Below are positions 27,901 to 41,044 of a stretch of DNA of 64,000 nt, one piece after another. The stretch is taken from the NCBI GenBank assembly GCA_964016885.1, contig OZ024740.1:104780001-104844000 (forward strand), given 5' to 3'. Every line of letters begins with the position of its first letter. The stretch's first letter is position 1. The translations under genes and the position numbers were made by a program. Source of the DNA: Eledone cirrhosa. Its lineage: Eukaryota. The notes beneath the pieces were generated by a model, which had not been told where the DNA came from, made no database searches, and saw only the letters and a program-made list of their open reading frames with translations.

Positions 27901-29981
27901 GATTTTGACTGTTATTTCTAGCAGATCGAGCAATCATCTATTGACTCACTCATTAGCTAGGACAGATAATATGAAAGATAAGGATAATATTTATTTTTTA
28001 AATCCAGTAATCTATGTCCCTAAATTCTTTGGTTTTTTTTCTTATTTCCTTTAGCGATGATTCCACATGTATGAAACTTTGGAAGTATGTTTTGTTGATC
28101 GACACCTGGAAAAAGGGTTGCCTGTACATTAGTCTTTGCTGGCCCTGTTTTTTACATTTAAAAAATCCCTTTCTTGGTATTTTAGCTGGTAAGTTCTTTT
28201 CGTCTTCCTGTGTTGTCTTACCTTTATTTCTCCTACATAACTTTTCTTTCCACTGTTATTAAAAGAGATAATACTCTACAGGGACAGGACACCAGTCTGA
28301 CAGGCTGCATGTATAAGACAATTTATTATTGGTTTCAATTGGTAGAATCATGAAAACATCAAACAAAATACTTTGAGGAATTCTTTCCTATTCTTTATGT
28401 TCTGGGTTCAAATCCCATGAAGGTCAACTTTGTTGTTGATTCTCCCAGTTATGTGCTGGGGTCTATATAATCGACTTTCCCTACCTCCCTGTCTACTGAA
28501 TTGCTGGCCTTGTGCCAGTGTTAGAAACAATTATTATAGTGCTGTGGATTGGTTGAGAACCATTAGTGTGTTGGATGAAATATATTGTAGGTTTTCTTTT
28601 TGTTATGATCTTCTCTGTTCTTGTTTCAAATCCTTACAAGGTTGATAAAATAAAGTATCAGTAATGCACTGGGGGCGATTTAATTGACTTAAGATTGCTG
28701 ACCATTTGCACAAAATAGCAACAATTATTATTATTATTAAAAGTGATGGATTCTCAGTATTTGTAGAGCATTGAACAACATGCTTTGTGGCATATAGTTA
28801 CATCGTTTTACGTTGTGAAGTCAAATCACACCGAGTTTAGCTTTGCCATCCTTACAAGGTCGATGAAATAAAGTACCAGTAATGCACTGGGGTCAAATTA
28901 ATCAACTTTCCTCTTCTCTCCAAATTGCTGACCTTGTGTCAATGTAGAAACAATTATTATTATCATTAATATGTTTCTTTCTTTTCCTTTTCTAGGTGTC
29001 ATGCTTATTTTATGTGCTGTTTTATATTTTACGAGAACACTTGAGACATGTCCTGACCGGAAACCTAAGAAAACTGAAGAACCTGACACATATGACAGGT
29101 AAAGTGGTTTTGAGATATTATCCTTGTCTCCTGTGGATGTCAAGTAACCTTTCACTGCCTCATTAAGGAGTGTGGAGGTATAACTGACTAGGAAAGATAG
29201 TAAGGTAGTAATGTGTATGTTGTGAATTTAGATTCACTGCAAGTATTTTTAAGTTACTATGTACTTGTGTGTAAAATATTGCCTCAAAATGTCCTATCCA
29301 ACCCAGTAAAACCAATGCTGATGACGATGACACCACTATCTTGAAAAAGTAGTCCTAGATATGCAGTGCTTAAGTAACTATTGAGATTTTCATGGCAAGA
29401 ATTGCTTTCATCATAGTTCTGCTCAGTCAGGATAGATTGCAACCAGAATCACTACTTCTCAAGCACTGCCACCTTTAACTTTTCAACCATTACCACCAGC
29501 TATTTTTCAACTTTCACCTACACCAGTGATTCCCAACCGTTTCTTTAGCTCATGGCCCACTTTGAACCCAGAATTTTTCTGTGGCCCATGAAATTATTAT
29601 AGTACAAAAAATGAGTTCCATATAAAAATTATTTACATATATTTAATTTCATTAATTTAAGATCTAGTAGTCAATAAAAGCTCTATGGACCATACAATAA
29701 GCCGTGGCCCATTTATTAGCCTGGTGGCCCAGTCAAAATTATAAAGTTTCTGTGGCCCACCTGAGATTTGCCATGGCCCATTTTAGCCATAGGTTGGGAA
29801 ACACTGACCTACACCACTATCTACACAAGTTACATTTCTCAACCATCATCTTATTGTTTCTTTTTCTCTCCACAGGTTTCCAGAAATAACTGATGCATTG
29901 GAAGAAAATGTCATTAACCCTCCTGGGCCCAATACCATTATGCTGAATATAGCTGACCAGAATGAGATTCTGCAAGTGTAG
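12616..29981 (+). CDS. TMEM72: TMEM72-like multi-pass membrane protein, spliced CDS join(12616..12676,22959..23030,28055..28188,28996..29098,29876..29981); 5' exon(s) not located
   Basis: Five exons have canonical AG/GT sites and compatible phases. They splice to [158 protein letters not shown]. The motifs GVGxET, K..Y...S..CFLH and G.MLI...LYF match TMEM72 as I recall it. Confidence 0.8.
13843..14152. mobile_element. Tigger/pogo-like MITE
   Basis: TA-CAGTGGAACCTTGGTTCA ... TGAACCAACGTTCCACGG-TA: imperfect TIRs flanked by TA. Confidence 0.7.
14655..15978 (+). repeat. 25-bp minisatellite, about 53 units, consensus CAGCCAGGTGGACTGTACCT(G/T/C)(G/A)TTA
   Basis: Contiguous direct tandem units with occasional 22-bp variants. 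It accounts for the repetitive ORFs 14591..15988 and similar. Confidence 0.97.
16505..17110. repeat. Low-complexity (GTG/GTGTG)n region
   Basis: Degenerate GT-rich simple repeats. Confidence 0.85.
17267..17593 (+). mobile_element. SINE family A (tRNA head + CORE-like domain + RTE tail), small deletion in the head
   Basis: Near-identical to 18312-18659; ends in (TGA)n. Confidence 0.9.
17640..18215 (-). mobile_element. GC-rich decayed LINE fragment, probably L1/Tx1-like
   Basis: Minus strand aagtccctggtcttgacggtcctccgtac approximates KSPGLDGLPY (pre-RT motif) with indels; GC content resembles 39785-40300. Confidence 0.4.
18312..18659 (+). mobile_element. SINE family A, full length
   Basis: A-box TGGCTTAGTGG, B-box GAGTTCAATTC, CORE-like ccttgagcaagacactt...ctccagtttactcagctgtagaaatg, tail acccttgcaagcagggaaaaagcggacgtaaaatga(tga)n. 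Confidence 0.92.
19012..19354 (-). mobile_element. SINE family A, full length, inverted
   Basis: Reverse complement of 18312-18659 with few differences. Confidence 0.92.
19368..20070 (+). mobile_element. CR1 LINE RT fragment, same family as 38285-39785
   Basis: [20 protein letters not shown] and [20 protein letters not shown], nearly identical to the CR1 copy; frameshifted. Confidence 0.9.
20068..21755 (+). mobile_element. Internally deleted Penelope-like element with a 5' inverted segment
   Basis: An RT-thumb piece ([21 protein letters not shown]) is joined to GIY-YIG ([37 protein letters not shown]). 20068-20241 is an inverted copy of about 20377-20550. An AT-rich 3' region follows; its extent is inferred. 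Confidence 0.85.
21880..22113 (-). mobile_element. RTE LINE 3' fragment, family of 55038-57490
   Basis: [45 protein letters not shown], near-identical to ORF 55038..55436. Confidence 0.9.
22177..22773 (+). mobile_element. RTE LINE 3' end with (TGA)n tail
   Basis: [24 protein letters not shown] and [18 protein letters not shown]; ends ...gcggacgtaaaatgatgatgatg. Confidence 0.9.
22959..23030 (+). CDS. TMEM72: TMEM72-like internal exon (72 nt), [23 protein letters not shown]
   Basis: Acceptor ttctttcatctacag and donor gtaagt; phase 2/2; encodes a hydrophobic helix. Confidence 0.85.
23127..23320. mobile_element. Mariner-type MITE
   Basis: TA-flanked TIRs agagggttggcagaaatattcataggctgac / gtcagcctatgaacttttcagctgaccctca; homologous to 27412-27567. 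Confidence 0.85.
23690..24050 (+). mobile_element. Highly decayed LINE RT fragment
   Basis: [10 protein letters not shown] (GVPQGSVLSP-like) is followed by YVDDIML. Confidence 0.55.
25828..26320 (+). mobile_element. Three head-to-tail SINE family B copies
   Basis: Repeated ttcaaatcc(c/t)gccgaggtt(a/t)actttgccttt(c/t)atccttac(g/a)gggtc(g/a)ataaaataaagt. Confidence 0.85.
27412..27567. mobile_element. Mariner-type MITE
   Basis: TA-cgaggatcggctgaaaagttcatagg ... cctaagaacttttcagccgaccctca-TA. Confidence 0.85.
27795..27940 (+). repeat. Dispersed repeat family C copy (others near 14415-14610, 23340-23580 and 27038-27245 on minus)
   Basis: Shared ends tgttgtttagcccc... and ...gatttggctgctatttctagca...gaggctcc. 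Confidence 0.65.
28055..28188 (+). CDS. TMEM72: TMEM72-like internal exon (134 nt), DDSTCMKLW...NPFLGILA
   Basis: Acceptor ttttcttatttcctttag and donor gtaagt; phase 2 in, phase 1 out; lies within track ORF 28014..28262. Confidence 0.85.
28355..28960 (+). mobile_element. About three tandem, more diverged SINE family B copies within a TMEM72-like intron
   Basis: Recurring gataaaataaagta(t/c)cagtaatgcactgggg and aattgctg(g/a)ccttgtg motifs. Confidence 0.75.
28996..29098 (+). CDS. TMEM72: TMEM72-like internal exon (103 nt), [14 protein letters not shown]...PDTYD
   Basis: Acceptor ttttccttttctag and donor gtaaag; phase 1 in, phase 2 out. Confidence 0.85.
29524..29806. mobile_element. hAT (Charlie-like) MITE with 8-bp TSD
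   Basis: TIRs CAGTGATTCCCAACC / GGTTGGGAAACACTG; perfect direct repeat ACCTACAC at 29516-29523 and 29807-29814. Confidence 0.92.
29876..29981 (+). CDS. TMEM72: TMEM72-like terminal coding exon, [11 protein letters not shown]...EILQV*
   Basis: Acceptor tttttctctccacag; phase 2 in; TAG stop at 29979-29981. Confidence 0.82.
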
Positions 29982-30137
29982 TCACCCTATTCCACTGTTG
30001 TGGCAGTGGTACTAGGGTAGCAAATGGCTGGAGTAGAGGATTGAAGTGCGACCATATTATAGTGGTCAGTGTGTTGTGTCCACTGCATTTTGTAATGAGA
30101 GAAACTGGAGATAAACATTATATTTCTGTATGTCTTT

Positions 30138-30192
<55 letters not shown>

Positions 30193-30368
30193 CATATATA
30201 TGTGTGTAAAAATATGTACAAGTAAACATACACACACACATATACATATATATATATATATGTATATATACACTTATATATATGTAAATATATATACATA
30301 CAAGCACATATATATTTAAAATGTATATGTGAATATATATGTGCATGTGTAAAAATATATACATGTAA

Positions 30369-30399
<31 letters not shown>

Positions 30400-32454
30400 A
30401 ATATAGATATATATATACTCTTGTGATCTCTCTATCTTTCTCTTTCTTCCTTGTTTCTTAATATTTCTCTCTCTCTCACTTTGTCTTTAATTTTTTTTGT
30501 ATTTATAATTTTATTATTTTTATTTCATTGTTTATTCTTTAACCAATATTACACTTTTATTCATTTCTTATGTTGCTTCATTTTAGATGATGATGCTGAT
30601 ATAATTTCGTAGGGGCCATCTCTGAGTTTCCTCATCCAAATTTTATTGGTGGGAATATATGTACTTTGTGAGTTTAGTTTGGTGAAAGCTGAAAATAACT
30701 GTTTTAAACATTGACTCATAATACCATGTACCACATGAAACTGCATTAGCAAGATATTCTTTGCAAAGTGCAAAACAGCATTATGACTGCATCTCATTAC
30801 AAATTAACCCTTTCATGACCATATTTCTCATGAAACACACTGTATTTCAAATGTATGTTTGAGAATTTTGATTTAAGTAGGAATCCTTTAGAATCAGAGT
30901 TGTTGTTTCATAGAATGTAAAGCATTTTTAGCCTGGTTGTTAGCAAAAGGGTACTGCAAACCATCACAACGATTTGTCCACAAGAATTAACCAACCTGTT
31001 TTTTAGATATTTTCTGCTAAATTATTACTGGATGTTGAAAACTAAACATTCAGTGAGTTTACTTACATAAGTAACGGAAAACCCATCAAAAACAGTGGGT
31101 AAAGAAGTATGTTTGAAATATGTTTCAATCTGAAGAGAAAGAAACTTGGAAGGATTTTAGAAATATTTTACAGAAAATTAATCACAAGTAACATCTGTAA
31201 TAATAATAATGATTTCAAATTTAGGCACAAGACTAGCAATTCATGGGCAAGGGAATTCAATTACATCAACCTTAGCATGTGACTGGTACTTTATATAATC
31301 CACCCTGGAAGGATAAAAGGCGAAGTTGACCATGGCAGGAATTAAACTCAGAACATAAATAGATGTAACTAAATGCTGCAAAGTATTTTGTCCAATGATC
31401 TAATAATTCTGCCAACCCAGCGCCCTAATGATAGTAATAATAATATCAGTTGAAGAATAAACCTTGCAATATAACAAGAAGCATGCCGCAATGATACAGT
31501 TATAACTTGAGTTATGTGTTGAATATCTGACATGGGCAGTGGCTTTTGTTTTCCAATATTGTGTGCAAACCAATAACTTTTCACTCCTCCCTTTTCTCTC
31601 ATATATGTTGTGACAAACAGACAGGCAGAGGGAGAAACAGCTTTTCTTTCATAAGAGCTAGATAGATATATTGTTCAACAGTATTCAAACTGTTATTAAT
31701 GTTCACCGAGAAAGTCAATCTAAACATTATTTGAACAATTTATGCACAAATATTTTTACTGGCAGCGTAGCGATGGGTTTTTACTAGTAATAATGGTTTC
31801 TGATTTAGGCACAAGGTTAACAATTTTGGGAGAGGGGAGAGTCAATTAAATCAACCCTAGTGTGTTAGTGGTAATTTATTTTATTGTCCCTGTAAGGATG
31901 AAAGGCAAAGCTAATCTTGGTGGGATTGAACACGGAATGCAAAGGGACGTAACTCTATGCCACAAACATGTCTGACGTTCTTCAGATACTGCCAATCCAT
32001 CTAACAATAATAACAATTAGTGTTTTATGAGGTCAGTTTATGTATTTTAAATGTTTGTAATTACTTCATTTACAAAAAGATTCTGGAAAGGTATTTTTCT
32101 TCAAATCTTTTCTTTGTAATGTTTAACTTTCATTGAACACTTTTAGATTGCAATGGTATCAAAAAAGGTTAAATTTCTGATTGATTGAAATTGATCTTTA
32201 CCAGAAATAGAAATATAGGTAGTGTTTCTAAATGCAGTGCCTATAAACTTGGATTTTTTCACCCATAACTAATTTTCAGAGTTGCTGATGAGACATAAAA
32301 ATAGCCTTTAGTAGATTTTAAAGGGGAATGGGATTTATGTGCCTGAATGAAACTAAAAATTGAAATGATTTGTTTTTGTCTTTTTTTTTCATTTTCAATA
32401 TTGTGACAAGAACATTTCCAATCAAATTATTCTGGTCACCATTATTATTGTCAA

Positions 32455-34280
32455 GGGCAGTGGGTGGCAGAATCATTGGACCATCAGACAAGATGCCTTG
32501 TGCTATTTGTTTTTTATTTATTTTATTTTTTTTTACATTCTGACTTTTACAAATCTCCAATGAAATCATCATTATCACTATTATTAATTATTATTGTTAA
32601 GGGCGGTGGATTGGCAGTATCGGTAGAGGGTCGGACGCCATGCTTTGACGCATAGAGTTACAGCCCTTGCCATTCTGAGTTCAAATCCCGCCGAGGTTAA
32701 CTTTGCTTTTCATCCTTATGGGGTTGATAAAATAAAGTACCAGTAATACACTGGATAATTGCTGGCCATGTGCCAAAAGTAGAAACAATTATTAAGGGCG
32801 GTGAAATCATCATGATCACTATTATTAATTATTATTATTGCTAGTGGATTGGCAGTATCAGTAGAGGGTCGGACGCCTTGCTTTGCAGCATAGAGTTATG
32901 GCCCTTTACGGTCCGAGGTTAACTTTGCCTTTCATCCTTACGGGGTCAATAAAATAAAGTACCAGTAATGCACTGGGTCGATCTAATCAAATTTCTCCTC
33001 CCCCAAAATTGTTAGCCTTATGCCTAAATCAGAAACCATTATTAAGGTAGTGGAAATGCAGAGGCAGAATAAATACCTTCTGTTATTTCATTATGTCCCA
33101 TTTTGTTCTGAGTTAAAATCCCACGGGAGTAAACTTTGTCTTTCATCCCTCCAGAGTCTATAAAATATGTACTAGTATTATACTAGTTCACTATAATTGA
33201 CTATACCCTCTTCCCTACAAATTTATTATATTATTATTTGCAAGGTCGGTGGATTGACCTCGTTGAAGTCAACTTCCCCTTTAATCCTTCCATGGATTTG
33301 TTAAAATAACTATCAGTCAAATTCTGGAGTCGATATAATCGATTTCGCCTCTCCACGAATCGCAGGCCTTTCATCCTTACGGGGTCGATAAAATAAAAGT
33401 ACCAGTAATGCACTGGGTAATTGCTGGCCTTGTGCCTAAAGTAGAAACAATTATTTTATTATTTTTAGAATAAGTAGTGTGTCAGACAAAATGCTTTGAA
33501 ACATTTGTTACAAGCTCCTTTACCTTCTGAGTTCAAATCCTGTCAAGGTCAGCTTTGTTTTCATTTTTCTGGGGTCCATAAAATATAGTACTATGGTCAA
33601 TTTAATCTCCTCACACCAAAATTGCTGGCCCTGTGCCTAAATTAGAAACCATTAGTACTGTGGTAGTAGATTGGCAGAATCATTAGAGCAGTGGACAAAT
33701 TGCCTTATAACATTTGTTCTCGCACTTTACCTTAGGTAAAATCTTGCCGAGGTCAACTTTGCCTTTCATCCTTCCAGGGTTGATAAAATAAAAGTGCCAG
33801 TCAAGCACTGGGATCAGTGTAATCAACTTATCCCTCTTCCAGATAATGTTGGTCTTGTACCTAAATTAAAAACTATTATTATTATGTATTATCATTATTA
33901 TAAATGGCGGTGGATTGGCAGTATTGGACACCATGCTTTGACGCATAGAGTACGGCCCTTTCCATTCTGAGTTCAAACCCCGCCGAGGTTAACTGCCTTT
34001 CATCCTTACGGGATCGATAAAATAAAGTACCAGTAATACACTGGATAATTGCTGGCCTTGTGCCAAAAGTAGAACCAATTATTATAAGTGCAGTGGATGG
34101 TTGAAACAAGAATACCTGACTTAATGTCTTTTGGAAATTAGTTACATACTGTATTCAAATCCTGCCAGAATTGACTTTTGTTGATAAACATAAATACCAG
34201 TTACATACTGAGATCCGATTTAATCAACTATGTCCCCTCCCCTCAGAATCTCTGGTTCATATGCCAATGTAAAGAAATCG
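32455..34280 (+). mobile_element. Cluster of about ten full or partial SINE family B copies, all on + strand
   Basis: Repeated ggcggtggattggcagtatc...gagttcaaatccc...gataaaataaagtaccagt...gtagaaacaattatt units separated by (ATT)n. Confidence 0.85.
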
Positions 34281-34887
34281 TCGTTATATGATATTTATTT
34301 ATTTTTTTGTTATCTTTTCTTCTCAATCGTCTAATAAATAATTATTTTATGTTGCTTTTCATCTTTTGTATTTAAAACTGTTGTATATATTTGTATCTGT
34401 TCGTTTTCATTTTTTTTTTTTAATTATTCTTACACTTCATTCCTCACCTACACTTCATCAGCAGGTCAGATCTCTTCTGATCAACTAGCATCAATTAAAA
34501 TCATTTGCCTTAACTCTTCTGACCAGCTGTATCAAATTTGACCAGCTTGTTATGTATGCCCTATCTTTTATATTCTTCATTATTTATTGAAATATCCCTT
34601 CCCCACTTTTTTTTCTTTCTCTCTAGACATGCCGAAAATAAAAAGGAAAAAAATATCTGTTCTTTTTATTATATATTATTATTATTATTATTATTATTAT
34701 ACATACATTGGAATACTTGAAGTATAAAGCATTGTATGGATACAATAGAATTTGCATATATGTGCATATGAATACTAATTTGCTTATCTATGTTTACATA
34801 AATATATGTGTACATACTTAATGTTGTGTGTATGTATTTATGGATATGTATGTGTGTGTGCATGTGTATATACATATATATATATAT

Positions 34888-35016
34888 ATCACTGTAAATG
34901 AGGTTGGTGTTAGGAAGGGCATCCAGCTGTAGAAATCAAGCCAGAATCAGTTCCCGTCCCACCCTTGCAAGCAGGGAAAAGCGGATGTAAAATGATGATG
35001 ATGATGATGATGATGA
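34888..35016 (+). mobile_element. SINE family A, 5'-truncated
   Basis: Tail portion cactgtaaatgaggttgg...(tga)n only. Confidence 0.88.
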
Positions 35017-35020
35017 TACA

Positions 35021-36266
35021 CAGGGTGTGGACGATATTTGTTCGAAAGTTTACTGTCTAGGAAAAAATAACACAGTAGTTTTATTTTTTAAGATATATTT
35101 ATCAAACTTGGGTTAGTTTGTCTTCATGACTTGTTCTTTCGATCTCACTTGATAAACCCGCCATTGGCTTTGATGACGGCCGCAGGGCGGCTACAGGCCT
35201 TTGTCACTGTCCCCCGACTTGTGATCCTGGCCTTCAGATCGTCTTTCGTATTGCAGCTAGATCTGTTGGTGTCTCGTTCCACTGCGCCCCACAAAGAAGT
35301 CGAGGGGGTTGCAGTCAGGCGAGCTGGGAGGCCAGATGTCAAGTGAAGTGTTGTCGACGAAGTTCTCTGACAGCCAGGCTTGGGTCTTTCGGCTGGTATG
35401 GCAGGGCGCTGAGTTTTGCTGCTACACGTACGGCCTACCTGCAGCTACCTGGTCGACCCAGGGCTTTACTACCTCACTCAGAACGCGGATGTAGCCATCG
35501 GTGTTCAGCTTGAGGCCCTCAGGGAAGAAGTGAGGTGGCATGACGTCAAGGTGACTGCTGACGACACCTAAGACCAATGTTGTCGCTGGAAACTTTGTCT
35601 GCATGACTCTGGGCACATCTTTGGATGAGACAGCAAGCCACCTGTTCTGGGAGTTGATCTTCTGGTCTTGGCAGAAGTTTTTCTCGTCGGCTCCAGTGGG
35701 TGTTTCAACTTGTTGATCAGCTTCTTTGCTCGCTTCAGTCGCATTTCTTGCATCGCCTTCGACAGAAATTGTCCTTTCCTCATCTTGTATGAAACGTAGC
35801 AAATGTCTTCATATACCACCAGCCTAATGAGCTTTTCATCCACACCTTTTTCCCTTGCAATGGTACGCATCGACTTGCTAGGTTCATTGTTGATGATATC
35901 CTGAACTTCAGCGACAAACTAGGGCGTTTTGAAGGCGTCAGATCGTCGATCATCTGTTTTCCTCTCTGATATTGCTTCGTAGTCAAACCCTGAATCTTCC
36001 AATTCCTTTCTGATCTTTTCCACCATTTTCCTGCTGACGCTAGAAAGTCTGAAATTTCCTTACTTGTCCTCGCGGTGCGGATTCCAAGAAGAACTCCGGT
36101 TCTCTTCCACAAATTTGGAGGTTCAAAATTATTCATAATCAATTATTCTGAAAATAAATAATGGAAATATAGTCACTGTCTTTATGAAGACAAGAGTGAC
36201 AACGGAAGTAAAATAAATGTGCATAAAATTAGCAGTTGAAAAATGCAACCAAATATCGTCCACACC

Positions 36267-36269
<3 letters not shown>
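35021..36269 (-). mobile_element. DD37D (maT) transposon, copy 2 (several small deletions)
   Basis: TIRs cagggtgtggacgatatttg / aaatatcgtccacaccctg; fragmented transposase ORFs 35145..36142. Confidence 0.93.
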
Positions 36270-36947
<678 letters not shown>

Positions 36948-37287
36948 ATCATCATTTCATCATCATCATTTCATTTTACGTCCGCTTTTCCCTGCTTGCC
37001 AGGGTGGGACGGGAACTGATTCTGGCTTGATTTCTACAGCTGGATGCCCTTCCTAACACCAACCTCATTTACAGTGAGTGCTGGGTGCTTTTTTGCCGTG
37101 GCACCTCCACGACCACTTTGCAGTGGAATGATAGAGACCCCATTCCCTATCATCTCATATCTACAGCTGAGTAAACTGGAGCAATGTGAAATAAAGTCTC
37201 TTGCTCAAGGAAACAACACATCACCCAGTCTGAGAATTGAACTCACAACCTTTCGATTGCAAGGCCAATGCTCTAACCACTAAGCCA
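36948..37287 (-). mobile_element. SINE family A, near full length
   Basis: Reverse complement of 18312-18659. Confidence 0.92.
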
Positions 37288-38284
<997 letters not shown>

Positions 38285-38290
<6 letters not shown>

Positions 38291-39785
38291 ACTCTTTTAC
38301 TCTTTTACCTGTTTCAGCCATCCGGCTGAGGCCATGCTGGGGCACCGCCCTTGTTGCTACACATTTTATCTCCAGCCTGTATAGGTTGGCCACTGGTGTA
38401 GGAGGGAGTTTGTTGCTGCTGCCCTTAGGTTTCCCTCGTGTCTTGCTGTGGGCTCATCCGGGATCCTGGATAACAAGGTGTCGAGATGTTTCTTAAAGAC
38501 ATCCACCTCCACGTCATGCAAGTCTTGCAGATGCCTCGGCAGCCTGTTGAAGATTTGAGGGCCCTTGAATCCCAGGCTATTGCAATACCTGCTCCTTATT
38601 CTAGATGTGGAAGACGGGCCCTTTGGCACCACACAGTGACGTCCTGTTCGACGGTTGGTCCAGCTCCCAATGCCAACGTTTGGTGTTAGTCCCTCCAGGA
38701 TTTTCCACATGTAGATCACTGCGTATCTCTCCCGTCTTCGCTCCAAGGAGTAGAGGTTCAGTTCCTTCAGCCTCTCCCAGTAGCTTGTCTCCCTCATCTT
38801 GGCAATCCTCTTGGTGTAGCTTCGCTGGATTGCCTCAAGCTCTGTGGTTAGTTTGACACTATGGGGTGACCACAGCTGGGAGCAGTAGTCCAGGCGGCTT
38901 AGGACAAAAGTCCTCCACAGTGTCAACATGGTGTCTCGATCTCTTGTAAGGAAAGTCCTCAAGATCCAGCCAGCGAATCGTCTACATGCTGTCGCCACCT
39001 TCATGATGTGTGAAGAAAAAGATGCATCATCGCTCATGTCTATGCCCAGGTCTCGTATCGATTTTGACACGGGGATATCGGTCCCTCCTGGTCCTGTGTA
39101 GCTGTGTTCCGCTATATTTGTGTTTGTGTTTGCAGGTTTGTATTGTAGGGCTTGGAATTTGCCAGCATTAAACTGCATGTTGTTTTCTTCCGCCCATCTG
39201 TATATGGCATCCAGATCCTGCTGTAAGAGGGCAGCGTCAGCCGGGTTTTTGATTGCCTGTGCTACCTTAGTGTCATCAGCATAGCTAGTGAGGGATGTTG
39301 TTGCATGCACCACAGAGGGCATGTCCGAGAGAGCCACCAAAAACAGTAGTGGTCCCAGCACTGTCCCCTGAGGCACCCCACTTGTTATCGGTGTTTCCCT
39401 CGAGAGGGCCCCATTTGCTGCGACTGCCTGGCTTCTGTCCCTCAGGAAGCCATGCAGCCACTCACCTACTTTTCCAGTTATGCCGAGTCCGTGTAGTTTG
39501 TGACATATCATTCCGTGGTCGACCTTGTCAAAGGCCTTCGCAAAGTCAAGATATATCACGTCTACATGTGAGCTGTCTAGTAGCTGTCTCAGTACCCAGT
39601 CGTAGTGATGTAGCAGCTGTGTAAGGCAGCTTCTTCCTGGGCGGAAGCCATGTTGCGTGCTAGTCAGGCGGTCATTTTCTTCGAGGAAAGTGATTAGTTT
39701 CTTTCTGACGACTCGCTCCATGACCTTACTGATATGCGACGTCAGGGAGACTGGCCTATAGTTCTTGGCCTCCGCTCTACTACCA
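38285..39785 (-). mobile_element. CR1-clade LINE, 5'-truncated, with uninterrupted RT ORF and intact 3' UTR
   Basis: NYRPVSLTS, QHGFRPGRSC, YLDFAKAFDKVDH, GVPQGTVLGPLLF and YADDTK through to TAA at 38366; tail ...gctgaaacaggtaaaagagtaaaagag. Confidence 0.95.
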
Positions 39786-40300
39786 AAGGAGCCCGCTTCT
39801 TCCAAAGAAATCGGAAGAGCGCGCGCTCCATTTTGGCGAGTGTTTTTTCTGGGCAAGGCACGACGGTCAAGCGGTAGTAGATGACGGACGCTATATAAGC
39901 GTTCGCCACCTCCGCTCGACCTTTCAGGGATAGTTTGCACTCGGCCCACTTCTGGGCGAGTGCAAAGACCTTGCCCGTTACCTCGTCCCAGTTTTTCTCC
40001 ACCTGAAGGTCAGGTCCGAACCAGACCCCGAGCAGCTTCACCGGTCCCTCCGTCCAGCGTCCAACGATGCCGCCGGAGGCATCGTTTTTCCCCTCTACGT
40101 CCCGAGTTGCAAACCGACGGACTTGTCCCGGTTCAGCTTGGCTCCTGTGAACCTTTCATGTTCCTCCAGTAAGGTGCCGATCTGCCCGATTTCCGAGGCG
40201 CACGACACCATTACTGTCACGTCATCGACGTAGGCCGACACCGCTTTCCGCAATCCCGGTTCCAAGGGGATGCCCTGCAACAGCTCCAGCTTCCGCAGTA
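39786..40300 (-). mobile_element. L1/Tx1-clade LINE RT fragment
   Basis: AYVDDVTV, TGAKLNRDKS, KLLGVWF and W..CKLSLKGRAEVAN..IASVIYYRLTVVPCP..MERALFRFLW. Confidence 0.85.
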
Positions 40301-40646
40301 GTGAAATGTATAGCCTTACACATGCTGATGAACCATGGGCTATTTCATTTCTGTCAACAACTTATTGGCGAAACAGATCTCTTTGGATTTGTACGTGTGT
40401 GTTATATAGTTATAGAGGTATGTATATACACTTTAATTTATATTTTTAATTATCGTGTGTCTACCCTGCCTTTCATAGGTTATAGATTCCATACACTGGT
40501 GGTTTTTCCCTGTTTTATTGATGGCGTACTATCTCTCTCTAGTGTGTTACCTTTTCAACATATTGTATTTTAAAGAGCTCAGGATTCCTTCTCCTTTGAG
40601 CACATTATTGACAGGGAATAGCGAGAGTCTATGGTTCCGTTAATTT

Positions 40647-40715
<69 letters not shown>

Positions 40716-40736
40716 GCACACACATACATTCACATA

Positions 40737-40785
<49 letters not shown>

Positions 40786-40789
40786 AAAT

Positions 40790-40846
40790 ATGTAAGTATG
40801 TATGTATACGTACATACATATATGTATACAGACGTACAGTAGCATG

Positions 40847-40900
<54 letters not shown>

Positions 40901-41017
40901 TGCTACTGTACGTCTGTATACATATATGTATGTACGTATACATACATACTTACATCTAAGTAAGTGCCGTACTAAGAGTGTGAAATTAAATTTCGTTTTC
41001 ATTTTATTACAACTTAT
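40790..41017. repeat. Collapsed copy of the foldback element at 42575-43217
   Basis: Same outer inverted arms around a single (TA)n tract, plus the same ~60-bp right flank. Confidence 0.85.
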
Positions 41018-41044
41018 GTATAAATAAATATATATATATTGACA

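Noticed and set aside
30804-30953. piggyBac-like MITE ends (TTAACCCTTT...AAAGGG), also near 173-182 and 12714-12990
   Set aside because: Termini and TTAA duplications are too degraded to delimit with confidence.
31755-31790. Helitron-like 3' end (GC-rich segment then CTAG); similar hints near 44030-44350 and 51240-51400
   Set aside because: The hairpin is degenerate and no matching 5' end was identified.
38366-39949. 527-aa ORF as a complete gene
   Set aside because: The first ~55 codons are an off-frame reading of the L1/Tx1 fragment; the rest is a 5'-truncated CR1 ORF2.
40325-40380. CTGATGA...GAAAC hammerhead-like spacing
   Set aside because: I could not form convincing stems I and III; at best a decayed remnant.
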